A DNA stretch of 64,000 nt from Mobula hypostoma (taxonomy: Eukaryota): assembly GCF_963921235.1 (NCBI RefSeq), contig NW_026948187.1, positions 6,758,001 through 6,822,000 of the forward strand, given 5' to 3'. The stretch's first letter is position 1. Each line of letters begins with the position of its first letter. The notes under the pieces are model-generated. The model was not told the DNA's origin. It ran no database searches and was given only the letters and a program-made list of their open reading frames with translations. The translations under genes and the position numbers were made by a program. This document shows, in pieces, positions 38,110 to 49,872 of the stretch.

Positions 38110-38878
38110 TAGAAACATAGAAACATAGAAAATAGGTGCAGGAGTAGGCCTTTCGGCCCTTCGAGCCTGCACCGCCATTTATTATGATAATGGCTGATCA
38201 TCCAACTCAGAACCCCGCCCCAGCCTTCCCTCCATACCCCCTGACCCCCGTAGCCACAAGGGCCATATCTAACTCCCTCTTAAACATAGCCAATGAACTG
38301 GCCTCAACTGTTTCCTGTGGCAGAGAATTCCACAGATTCACCACTCTCTGTGTGAAGAAGTTTTTCCTAATCTCGGTCCTAAAAGGCTTCCCCTCTATCC
38401 TCAAACTGTGACCCCTCGTTCTGGACTTCCCCAACATCGGGAACAATCTTCCTGCATCTAGCCTGTCCAATCCCTTTAGGATCTTATACGTTTCAATCAG
38501 ATCCCCCCTCAATCTTCTAAATTCCAACGAGTACAAGCCCAGTTCATCCAGTCTTTCTTCATATGAAAGTCCTGCCATCCCAGGAATCAATCTGGTGAAC
38601 CTTCTTTGTACTCCCTCTATGGCAAAGATGTCTTTCCTCAGATTAGGGGACCAAAACTGCACACAATACTCCAGGTGTGGTCTCACCAAGGCCTTGTACA
38701 ACTGCAGTAGTACCTCCCTGCTCCTGTACTCGAATCCTCTCGCTATAAATGCCAGCATACCATTCGCCTTTTTCACCGCCTGCTGTACCTGCATGCCCAC
38801 TTTCAATGACTGGTGTATAATGACACCCAGGTCTCGTTGCACCTCCCCTTTTCCTAATCGGCCACCATTCAGATAATA
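38110..38878 (-). mobile_element. CR1-clade LINE 3' fragment, uninterrupted frame (relatively young)
   Basis: QRDLGVIIH..LVRPHLEYCVQFWSP..NFFTQRVVNLWNSLP; 3'UTR and (ATGTTTCT)n tail. Confidence 0.93.
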
Positions 38879-40020
38879 GGAATTCTGCAGATGCTGGAAA
38901 TTCAAGCAACATACATCAAATTTGCGCAGCAGGCCAGGCAGCATCTATAGGAAGAAGCGCAGTCGACGTTTCAGGCCGAGACCCTTCGTCAGGACTAACT
39001 GAAGGAAGAGTGAGTAAGGGATTTGAAAGCTGGAGGGGGAGGGGGAGATGCAAAATGATAGGAGGAGACAGGAGGGGGAGGGATAGAGCCGAGAGCTGGA
39101 CAGGTGATAGGCAGAAGGGGATACGAGAGGATCATGGGACAGGAGGTCCGGAAAGAAAGACGGGGGGGGGGTGACCCAGAGGATGGGCAAGAGGTATATT
39201 CAGAGGGACAGAGGGAGAAAAAGGAGAGTGAGAGAAAGAATGTGTGCATTAAAAAGAGTAACAGATGGGGTACGCGGGGGAGGTGGGGCCTAGCGGAAGT
39301 TAGAGAAGTCAATGTTCATGCCATCAGGTTGGAGGCTACCCATACGGAATATAAGGTGTTGTTCCTCCAACCTGAGTGTGGCTTCATCTTTACAGTAGAG
39401 GAGGCCGTGGATAGACATGTCAGAATGGGAATGGGATGTGGAATTAAAATGTGTGGCCACTGGGAGATCCTGCTTTCTCTGGCGGACAGAGCGTAGATGT
39501 TTCAGCAAAGCGGTCTCCCAGTCTGCGTCGGGTCTCACCAATATATAAAAGGCCACATCGGGAGCACCGGACGCAGTATATCACCCCAGTCGACTCACAG
39601 GTGAAGTGATGCCTCACCTGGAAGGACTGTTTGGGGCCCTGAATGGTGGTAAGGGAGGAAGTGTAAGGGCATGTGTAGCACTTGTTCCGCTTACACGGAT
39701 AAGTGCCAGGAGGGAGATCAGTGGGGAGGGATGGGGGGGACGAATGGACAAGGGAGTTGTGTAGGGAGCGATCCCTGCGGAAAGTAGGTGGGAGGGAGGG
39801 AAAGATGTGCTTAGTGGTGGGATCCCGTTGGAGGTGGCGGAAGTTACGGAGAATAATATGTTGGACCCGGAGGCTGGTGGGGTGGTAGGTGAGGACCAGG
39901 GGAACCCTATTCCTAGTGGGGTGGCTGGAGGATGGAGTGAGAGCAGATGTACGTGAAATGGGGGAGATGCGTTTAAGAACAGAGTTGATAGTGGAGGAAG
40001 GGAAGCCCCTTTCTTTAAAA
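38879..40020 (-). mobile_element. Penelope-like element 3' part (GIY-YIG endonuclease + terminal repeat)
   Basis: Minus strand encodes FKERGFPSSTIN..VPLVLTYHP..TCESTGVIYCVRCSRCGLLYIGETRRRLGDRF (1-nt frameshift) HLRSV..PVATHFNS..LEEQHLIFRMGSLQPDGMNIDFSNFR. Confidence 0.88.
38961..38996 (-). ncRNA. Minimal type-I hammerhead ribozyme motif in the Penelope terminal repeat
   Basis: AGTC-CTGACGA-AGGGTCTCGGCCT-GAAACGTC-GACT: complete core, stem I AGTC/GACT, palindromic ACGT in place of stem III. Confidence 0.75.
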
Positions 40021-40324
40021 ACGATCAGATGGACGCTTGACCTCAGAGTGACCCTGACCTGCCTGCACCGCGTCCCTTCCGTAACTACAAGACTTTGGTC
40101 TGCATTCCGTTATTGTTTCAACGTATTCTACCTTGATGTAGAGAGAGTCCAATTTAATCTCTATCAAAGATATGGAGGGCAGATTGTTTTTAATTTGTGT
40201 TGGCAGATGTGAAAACAGAAACTAATTTAACTGCTCTCGGCAAAACGCTCGGAAATACCGCCCCCGATTGACAGCCGAGGCACCCGCAGCCCAGCTGGGA
40301 GATTTGACTGGGTTGAACGCCGAG

Positions 40325-40363
40325 TGTTTTTGTAGAGCGACGCCCGGTCTTTGCGTCACTGTG
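40325..40363 (-). other. 23-RSS of VA2
   Basis: CACAGTG-23-ACAAAAACA. Confidence 0.96.
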
Positions 40364-41345
40364 AAGACTCCAGGCGCAGAAGTAGACGGCCGACTGGTTC
40401 GCCCGCTGGAGGGTGGACTTCAGATGGAACTGATTGCCGCTCACTCTCTGCGGGGTGAACCCGTCCACCGAGCCCAACCTGTCGACGTGCTCGCTGTTCG
40501 GGGAGTAAAAGAGGATCTGGATCTCCCTGCCGACGTGCTGTCTGTACCAGTACATCCAGTCGTCACTGCTGTCCACGGTGCATCTCAGCTCGATCTCTTC
40601 CCCGGGCCGTCCCGACACGGCCGCCGTACTCTGGTCAACAGTCACCGAGCCGACACCTGGGAAGGAAACGAGCAGATGCGGATTGTCAGCAAGGAAGGAG
40701 AGTCTGGAAAACGGCAAAAGGGAGAATGCAGATCTGCCGAAAGAAGCAGAGGGGGGCGAGTGATCGGGAAGGGAAGAGAGGGGGAGGAGAGAGTTAGAGG
40801 GGCAGAGAGAGCGTCAGTGTGAGAGAGAGTGTAGCAGAGCGGGTAGTGAGACTCTAAAGACCGCAAACAGGGAGAGGAATGGAGAAATGTAACATGGAGA
40901 GATACAGGAGAGAGCAGTTGTGCACGGGTGAAGATTAAAAGAGAGGGGGACAGACAGAGAGAATCGAAGGAGCTATTGAGAAAGTAGAGAAAGGTAGAAT
41001 AGGAAGATGCCAAAAAATAGGGCTGGAGGAGTTAACATGAGAGAAAAGAGAGGAAGAGACCGGAGGGTAGACAAACGAGTGTTTGATGGAGAGAATAGAG
41101 AGAGTTAGATAGAGTGTGTAGGACAGAGGACGGATGACGGAGCGAGTAATGAAGCAATCGAGACCACGCTAGCCGTACTGAGGACGGAGAGAAGACATGA
41201 ATCGAATTCATGCACAGGGATTCGTGATCTGAAAAATAATCGCTATCAAGAAAACCCGATAAGCGAAAAAGGGGAAGAAGTGACACGCGGTTGTAAATAT
41301 TAATTTACATTTAAACCCGAGCACGACTGACAGTATCAGTAACAT
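40364..41345 (-). CDS. TRBV: TCR V segment, family A (VA2), apparently functional: leader 41309-41345, V exon 40364-40656
   Basis: Leader MLLILSVVLGFK, donor GTAAAT; V: VGSVTVDQST..LRCTVDSSDDWMYWYRQHVG..ANQSAVYFCAWSL; octamer at 41475-41482. Confidence 0.93.
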
Positions 41346-44300
41346 CGCTCTTTGGGGGTCAGAAACATAAGCGGGACCTGAGGAGGACTGACTGAGCGGT
41401 CCCTTTTACATGTGCGCTTGCGCATGGTGCTGGCAGGACGCGCACGTGACCACAATCAACCAATCAGAAGCGATATGCAAATCCGGGAGAACTTTCGTCA
41501 TCCCCGTCCAAGTCCTCACCCCATCAGGTATTTGTGGAGAAAAACTTTGNNNNNNNNNNNNNNNNNNNNNNNNNNNNNNNNNNNNNNNNNNNNNNNNNNN
41601 NNNNNNNNNNNNNNNNNNNNNNNNNNNNNNNNNNNNNNNNNNNNNNNNNNNNNNNNNNNNNNNNNNNNNNNNNNNNNNNNNNNNNNNNNNCTCCTCTAGC
41701 CCACCGCACACTCGTTTTCCCTTTTCCCATTCTCTCCCTTCCCTCCCTCTCTCCCTCCCACCCCCCAACTCCCCATACACAGATTTTCGTTTCCCTTTTT
41801 CCTAATCTATCTCCTTATCTGTCTATCTGTCTGTCCGCCTGTCTATCTATCTATTTGAAAAATCTCTCGGCTTTTTGAGACTTTACGGAGACCGAAAACC
41901 GCCAGTTCCTTTCACCTTCCCAACTTCTTCCATTCTTCCTGAAGAATATATGACGAACCGAGTTTGGGAGTCAAGATCCGATTCGGAAAAAAATATAATT
42001 TGTGGCTTCCTGCACTGCAAAATTCTCTCTCCCTTTCTCTCTGTCTCTCTCTCGGACTCTCCCTCTCACTGCTCCACTCATCCTCTGTCATTTTATCTGC
42101 CGACCCTCGAGCACCCACACGCATCTCCTCTCCATCTCTTTCCTCTGCACACCCGCTTTCCGTTTTTCCGTCTTCCATCTTTATCTCATCCTTTCTCTCT
42201 CACCCTCTCTCTGCTTTCTATCTTCCTCTATTGAACTCCGTCCTCACTTTCCTCCCTCACCTGCTCTTGACTTCTCTCCGTGCATCCGAGGCCACGACCT
42301 GTCTGATCTCTCAGGGTCACAATAAAACCGAGCGGTGCGGCGTGAGAAACGGAAAGACCAGGTCCAGGGCAGTGGCGCTACCGATGACGTCACAGTCCCG
42401 CGTCCCGATCTCTGCCGTTCCACTTGCCGCCGGTGACTCATATCCGGCCTTCTAATGTTTTATACCCCACAGTCGGGATGGTGCCAGAGGTCAGGGGGCC
42501 CTCAGCGGATAATCTAATTTGCGGAGGGTAGGTATGAATTGCGAGTGAAGACAGACGCTCTTCAACTATAACCGTTCAGAATTATATAAGTTTGCACAGG
42601 ATGTCAGACAGAAACACAGACTAACCAGTGAAGATTTCCGACACAATGCAGTTTTCTACATCTGTCTCTTTGAACATGCTGGAGGCCGAGGTTAGGATAA
42701 TGAACGTTGCGACGTTCATCGTCTGGTAAACCATTCGCTTAACTCGCACCACATCTGGTATTTGGGGGATGAGAGGCTCGGGGACAGACGGACAGCGGGG
42801 AGCGGCGGGAGGGTGGGATGTAAAGAAAAATAGAGAGCCTCCCGAGTCACCGAGCCGACACTCTGGAAAGGCAACGGGTAGATGCAGATGGTCAGCAAGG
42901 AGGGAGAGTCTGGAAAACGGCCAAAGGCAGAATGCAGAGCTGGCGAGAGAAGCAGAATGAACGGATAATGAAGAGAGGGCGAGAAAGAGGTTAGAGGGGC
43001 AGAGACAGCGTCAGCGTGAGAGATAGTGCAACAGAGTGTGAAGAGAGTCGGTAAAGGCAGCAAACAGGGAGAGTAATGGAGAAATGTAACTTGGAGAGAT
43101 ACAGTGGAGAGCAGATGTGCACCGGTGAAGGGGAAGGGAGAGGGCGACAAACAGAGAGAACGGAGGGGAGAGGGAGACGTAGAGAAAGAGCAGAAAGAGG
43201 AGAGAGGTAGAATAGGAAGGTGACAATAAGACGCGCGATACGAGTTAACAAGACAGAGAAGACAGAGAGAGACAGAGAAAAAGAGATGGGCAGAGAGAAT
43301 TCTGGCTGTGTGTGAGAGGGTAGGGGAGAGGACGGACCGACGGAAGGGGTCAGAAGCGAGCCGGGCCACGTGTGCAGCAGTGAGGACGGAGAGAAGAAAA
43401 TAATAACGAAGGAATAATAACGCCCCTTCATCCGTCGACCAATTATGTTCGACTATTTCTGGTTCATTTCCGTTCCTTCTGACACGTACCAACTGCCCTT
43501 CCCCGAGCAATAAGGTGGCTGTACGCTGATCTCTTGTGTCCCCCGTGTCTATCTCTGGCACGCCTTCCTGCTGCTTCTCTAACGGCTGACATTTGCACTC
43601 TCTATCCCCTCCCACCCCGCCCGTTGGCCCTCTACCTTTATCTCCATATAGTTGTTTGTCTGTATTTGTTTGTAGCTACGGCTGTGTCGCTGAGTCTGTG
43701 TCAGTTTCCCAGATGAGCAGACAGACAGGCGGCGGAGCAGAATGATAAACACGCAGATTTCCTCGCTGAGTACCCGAGCCCACTGTGTACGAGTGTAAAG
43801 ACACAAGGAAAATGGCGGTGAGGGTTGAAGAACAGAGACCTCTCTGTATGCATATATGGAGCGCACGCCTTGAATGTTGGGTGCATCGATGGACAGTGGG
43901 ACTGGGGGGTACGAGAAAAGGACACAGATTATAACGGGACGTGCTGAGGGAGCAGAGGGAACTCGGGGTACAAGCGTAAGACACACACCGTGAACGGTGC
44001 GCTGTGTCGGTAGACAGAGGGCCCACGGTGTAGAAGGACTACGGACACACCATGAATGGCGGGGAGAGTCAAGTGACAGAGGGTCCTCGGGTTGTAAAGT
44101 TAGGACGCGCACTATGAAGGTTGGAAAATGTCCAGGGGCAGGGGGGACTCAGTGAACAAGAAGAGCACACAGGTTAGAATTAGAGAGAGGGGGTATATCG
44201 AGGTGCAGATCTACGCCAGATTATAATGGTAGGAGAAATTATATGAATACTGGGGAATATTATAGCTCGGAGGGATGTCGATTTACAACTCTATGGCAGG

Positions 44301-45512
44301 GAGTACACTGGAGCAGAGGAACAGTAGTTCTCGCATACGCTCTCATCTTCCTCCACTCCCCCTTCATTTTTGTCCCTGATCCTCACACCGTTCCTTTTCA
44401 CCAACAGATCATTCCTACGCCAGCACACAAATTATAACGAAGATGCTGTGACCCGCAGGTCGACAGCTGGTTTCGCTGCGCCATCTGCAGGTCAGTTGAT
44501 GAATGACGGATCTCAGGGGTGTCCGCGGAGATCAGGGCGCTGTGGTCGGCCCCAGGATTCAGTCGCACCTCCTTTCTTTGTGCGCAGCGCTACTCTTCAT
44601 GGTCAGTCAGATTCCGAGATGAGAGTCTCAGAGACGAACAGATGGAGGGATGCAGTGAGAAAGAGGTGAATAAACAGTCGGGGAGAGTGGTAATTCGGGA
44701 CATGTCACACCAAAGTGGACAGATAGACAGTCAGTCAAACAGACAATCAGACGGACAGTTATTCTGACAGACAGATAGATGGGTCAGTCAGTCAGTTACC
44801 GAGATCAGAGTCTCAGAGAAAAACAGATGGACGGATGCTGAGAGAAACAGAGAAAGAGAGTTTTCGTCGGTGGCCATTCAGTCTGATTTGAGACGGGTTA
44901 TTAGGGACATCTCACAGCAAATTGGACAAATAGACAGTCAGTCAAACAGACAATCAGACTGACAGTTATTATGACAGACAGATAGACAGATCGATTAACG
45001 GATGGACGGAGAGGCACACAGGCCAACAAAGAGACAGACAAACACACAGACAAAAGCGATAGGTCACATATGTCGGGAGGGATGTCCAGCAGGAGAGGTA
45101 GTACATCAATTTACAAGTGTAAAAGGCGATCGAGTGCGACATCGAGGTCGAGCAGGGAGCGGGCCAGCAAGAATGGTATTAAAAATGACGGGAGAAAGAG
45201 AATGAGAGGACGGAGACCTCGTGTTCAAGGAGGTGAGGACAAATTCGTCTCTAAGAGATAGAGAGAGGAGTTTGGAAGGATGTCAGGGGAGAGAAGTAAC
45301 AGCAGCGAGATTGGGGGCGGGGAATCGGCGGTGAAATTGACACACAAAACCACTCCGATTGGATCAGAGAGGAAGGAGGCGTGACAAATCCTAAATGCGC
45401 ATGAAACATTATTTCAGAGAGACACGTAAATTCAGAGTGAAATTGAAGGCAGTAGCGTTATTGATGCTGGACACATCTCTTCCATCACTGAGAAAAGAAC
45501 CGCCCAACGAAC

Positions 45513-46191
45513 ATGTTTCTGTTGCTGCAACTGATCCTCGCCTTCCACTGTGAGTGAAATGTGGCAAATATTTATCTATTATTCTCGCTGTCTTTTCTCA
45601 TTTGCCTCATGATCTAACCCATCGAAATGAATTGTTCTCCTTCCCATTCCAACTTTGCCCACAATTCAATGTCCCCCAGCCTTGAATCTACCTTATTGCT
45701 TCGTTCCAAATTGCCCCCGGTATCCATGTTTACTCACCCCGTTCCGCTCTTTTATCAGATGACATCCCGGTGACGTCCTTCCATCGATCTCTTCTTATCC
45801 TTCCGTTCAGCTTCGTCCCCATCCCAACGTCGCAATTACTCTATGAACCGCGTTTATTCGCACTCTTCCCCTTCCCGTCTCTTTTCCAGATGCCAACTCG
45901 GTGACGATCCGCCAGACCCCGGCAATTTCCTCCCCTCCCGGCGAGGCCGTGGTGCTGGAATGCACGGTAGAGGGTAGCAGCAGCGGGAGTGATGATACTC
46001 TCCTCTGGTACAGACAATACCGGGGAAACGGACCACAGGTCCTTTTCACCTCCAGCATAACCAAATACGTGCAGCCGCCGGGCCCAGTGGACGGCTTCAC
46101 GGCAGACAGACCGAGTAGCAACAAGTTCTATCTGAACTCCTCCGGCCTCCAGGCGAATTCGTCGGCCGTGTATTTCTGCGCCTGGAGTTAT
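45513..46191 (+). CDS. TRBV: TCR V segment, family B1 (V10), apparently functional: leader 45513-45549, V exon 45890-46191
   Basis: Leader MFLLLQLILAFH, donor GTGAGT; V: ANSVTIRQTP..LECTVEGSSSGSDDTLLWYRQ..ANSSAVYFCAWSY. Confidence 0.93.
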
Positions 46192-46230
46192 CACGGCGAC
46201 TCAGAGAGACGGAGACGCCGAACAAAAACT
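46192..46230 (+). other. 23-RSS of V10
   Basis: CACGGCG-23-ACAAAAACT. Confidence 0.93.
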
Positions 46231-46689
46231 TCACAGTGTGAGTGGGTTTGGCTGTCGTCAGCAGCGGAGGGTATACGTCACAAGTCGACTCCTGACAACT
46301 GACGTCACCGCGCTTGGCTCCACGTAGCCAATGGGAAACTAGTATTGAGACAAAGCATCGAGGTAATGTCCGGAGTCGGGTGTCACCGAAATTGCAGCTG
46401 TTACTTCCATCCTCTCGCCGTAGATTTACATTTCCCTGTCACTTCAGAGTCACAGGCAGCCGAATAAACCACTATAACTAGTGACAAAATATTCACACGT
46501 TGTTCTCCCCCAATCCTTAAACAGCGTCCCATTCAGTGTCACACAGAGATGGAATTACCAACCGAAGCCCATCGAACATAGGAACTTGTCCAGTCCGACT
46601 TGCGGACAGAGAGGAGAATTTGTACCTGACCCTGTTTACTGGAGAGATCACCGAGATCTTTAAGCACTCTAGTCGGCAGTCTGCGAAAC

Positions 46690-47390
46690 CCATTTGCTCC
46701 GAGTAGGCTTTAATTTTACGGGCACCCGAGAAGAACTGATAACCTGCCTCGATGACGGTCGTCCAGCAGCCCGCACGTCCATCGGGATGAAGCGCTTTGA
46801 GAGGTTGGTGATGAAAGACATGAACGATTTATCTCCACTCCAGTTTGTCTACCCCTGCAACAGGTCTACAGCTGACGTCAGTTTATTGGCTCCTCCCTCA
46901 ACTCTGCAACATCTGGACAGGGCAGAGTCATACGTCAGGATGGGCTTCTCTCGCTACATCTCTCCATTCAATACCATCATCACCTCAACATTAAGCAACA
47001 AGCCACATGCCCCTGGCCTCAAGAGCTGCTTGGGAAATTGTATGATTGAATTACTCACTTGTAGACCCCAGTCAGTTCGGATTTGCAACATTTACTCCAG
47101 AATCACCATCAGCGGAGCCGCAGTAAAAGGCAGTGGGTCTGGAAACCTGCCTTCTCTATTTGCTTTTTATACTAATGACAGTGAGACTCCAGGGCAACTC
47201 CAATGCCGTATTTAAGTCCGCTCAAGACACCTCTGACGCTGGCCTTATCGCAGGGTGGACCGAATCAGCGTTTCGGACGGTGAATGGACATCCGCCTGAA
47301 TGGTCCCACCAGAACAACATCTCACACAATTTAATCAATATCAAAAAAGGTGATTATTGACTACGGGGCTGCCGAAACCGGAGTTCCATG
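46690..47390 (+). mobile_element. Degenerate Rex1/Babar RT fragment (V10 3' flank)
   Basis: Inverted copy of 34600-35310. Confidence 0.75.
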
Positions 47391-47908
47391 AGCTGGAACT
47401 CATCAGGGGATCAGTGGTGGAGAGGACCTGCAGATAGTAAATCCCTCGGTATTATCATCTGAGCAGATCTGTTCTGCGTCTAGCGCGTACCAGCCATTAG
47501 GAAAAATGCCCCGTCTCGCCTTTTCAGCTGCTGATCACCTCCCCCATGGTTCCCTCCTCCTCCTCCCCTTCCTCCTATGATCCGCTCTCCTCTCCTATCT
47601 TCCTCTCCAGCTCTTTATCCTCTTGTCCACCCTGCTTCACCTATTACCCTCTTGTTATCCTCTTTCTACTTCCTCCCTCCCCCATCTTTTTATTCTGGCA
47701 TCTTCTCCCTCCCTCTCTAGTCCGGAAGAAGGGTTCGGCCCGAATGGTCGACGGTTTCGTCGGCCCATGGTCTCCTCCCGTGCAAGGCAGCCTCAGGTTG
47801 GAGGAACAGTAGGTTGTATTTCGGCCGTGTAGCCTCCAATCTGATGGCATGAATATCGATCTCTCCTTCCACCCAACCTGCTCTTTCCACTCTGACCTTG
47901 CACCTCTT

Positions 47909-49872
47909 CTTTTTTTTGAAATATTTTATTTATTTTTAAAATAAGAAATATAAACTCAATTAATAGAATAATTGAAAAAAATAATTCAAATACATTAATA
48001 AGTCCGAGAGAAAATAAAACACCTATCCCAACACCATTTCCCCTCATTAGAAAAAAGGAGGAAGGAAAGAAACCCATAAAAGACAGAGGAACAAAAAGGA
48101 GACAAGAAACAAGGAAAGAGAATAAAAGAAAGAATAGGCGTCCAACTCTCAGAGTCTGTTTAAAATACAAATTAATGAAACTACCTTATAATAAGGGATA
48201 TATTAATTAAAAATAAATTAATTAAACAATCTGGGCATTTAAGTAATCCAAGTATGGTTGCCAGATCTCAATGAACATAGTATATCCATTCCAAAGGGTA
48301 TAAGTAATCTTCTCCTGGGGCATACAACGTTGCATTTCTTTATTCGAATGATCAATATGTACCAAGGGAATCGGATTGCCATGTGAGCGCTATGCATTTC
48401 CTGGCAACTGACAACGCCATTGATAAATTTGGATTTATTTCTGAGGAGGTTAACTTTTAAAACTGCTAAGTTCCTCAGGAGAAGCAATTCTGGGTCTCGA
48501 GGGAAATCAACCCCCAGAATCTATCCCGGTACCTCCCCCAGATCTATCCAAAAACATCACAGTTTGGTGCATAGACAAGTGGAATGCAAAACGGTGCCTA
48601 CATCTATGCCACTCCTGAAACCCTTGCCAGAAATTTCTGCTTTATTTTTATGTTTTTTTTCAGCTGTGAGATACAATTGATGTAAAAAATTAAAATGTAT
48701 TTTTCTGTGTCTAGAGTTGATAAGAGTGGTAACACTGTCCACACATGGATGTGACCAACATTGATGATCAATTACAATGCCCAAATCCAACTCCCATCTC
48801 TCCCTCGATCTGTGCATACCAAAGTTTGGGCATTGGTCCTGGAATAAAGAATACATATTAGAAATAAGTTTAGTCGTATTCCTCTTTCGACTTAGAGCCT
48901 CCATGTCTGAGTACCTTGGTACGATCAGTGATGGACCCTAACAGGCCCTCAAGACAGATCGTAATTGGAGATAGCAGAAGAATGTGTTTTTAGATTAATT
49001 ATATCTATTTATCAGTCCCTCAAAAAGACATAAATTGCTTCTGCTGATTATAACAATCTTCAATGCACCTGATCCCGTGTTGATACCAGGTGACTAGAAA
49101 ATTATTTCTCAGAGTCATGGGTATTAATCTGTTCTGAGATAGAGGCGGCCTTGAGGATATTCATTTTTTTAGACCCATAAATTGTTTAATTTGTTTCCCA
49201 GATATAAATTACCTGTCTCAGTAGAGAATTATTAGTTTTCTTTTTGATTAATTTGGCGTCCCATTTCTATAAAAATTCATCTGCCATCTCTTCTCCTACC
49301 ATTTGTAAGCCAATTGTAACCTAAGAAGGAATAGTTGTCTCATCAAAAAAATAAGCAATAAAACGTGCTTGTGCAGCTGAATAATATATTTTTTTTAAAT
49401 CTGGTAATTTTAAACCTCACAATTTATAGTCCCAGGTCAATTTTTCCATGGAGATTCCAGATACTTTACCCGACCATAAAAGTATACCAATATGTCCATT
49501 GAGAATCTTAGAAAAAATTTTTGGGTAATAGGATTGGTAAAGACTGAAAAAAAATACTGAGCTCTTGGCATTATCTTCATTTTTATACAGCTTACCCTGC
49601 CCATCAGTGTGTTGGAAAGGTTTATCCACCTACGCAGATCCTCCTCTACATTCCGCAGCAAGGGAGATAATTAAGTTTATAAAGATCATCCAAATTACGA
49701 TTAAACTTAATCTCCAGATATTTCATGTTGAATTTTACCCATCTAAACTGAGTGCCATATTGATATTGGGCATAGTCTCCTTTAGCGTAAGGTAAAATTT
49801 CACATTTATTCCAATTTATTTTATAACCCGACACTATACCAAAATTGGCCAGCAAGGCCCTAAGTCTATCTA
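47909..49872 (-). mobile_element. 5'-truncated L1-clade LINE, inverted duplicate of 32140-34086
   Basis: Same junctions and same ORF2 motifs, with extra frameshifts; poly-T at 47910-47917. Confidence 0.85.

Noticed and set aside
42716-43615. 299-aa ORF, the longest non-gap ORF in the window
   Set aside because: Runs through pyrimidine-rich intron relic; the mirror copy at 24.8-25.7 kb is frameshifted into pieces, so it is not under coding constraint.
46232-46290. Possible D segment or 12-RSS formed by the extra heptamer behind V10
   Set aside because: No nonamer at 12 or 23 nt on either side; no D, J (FGxG) or C exon found anywhere in the window.
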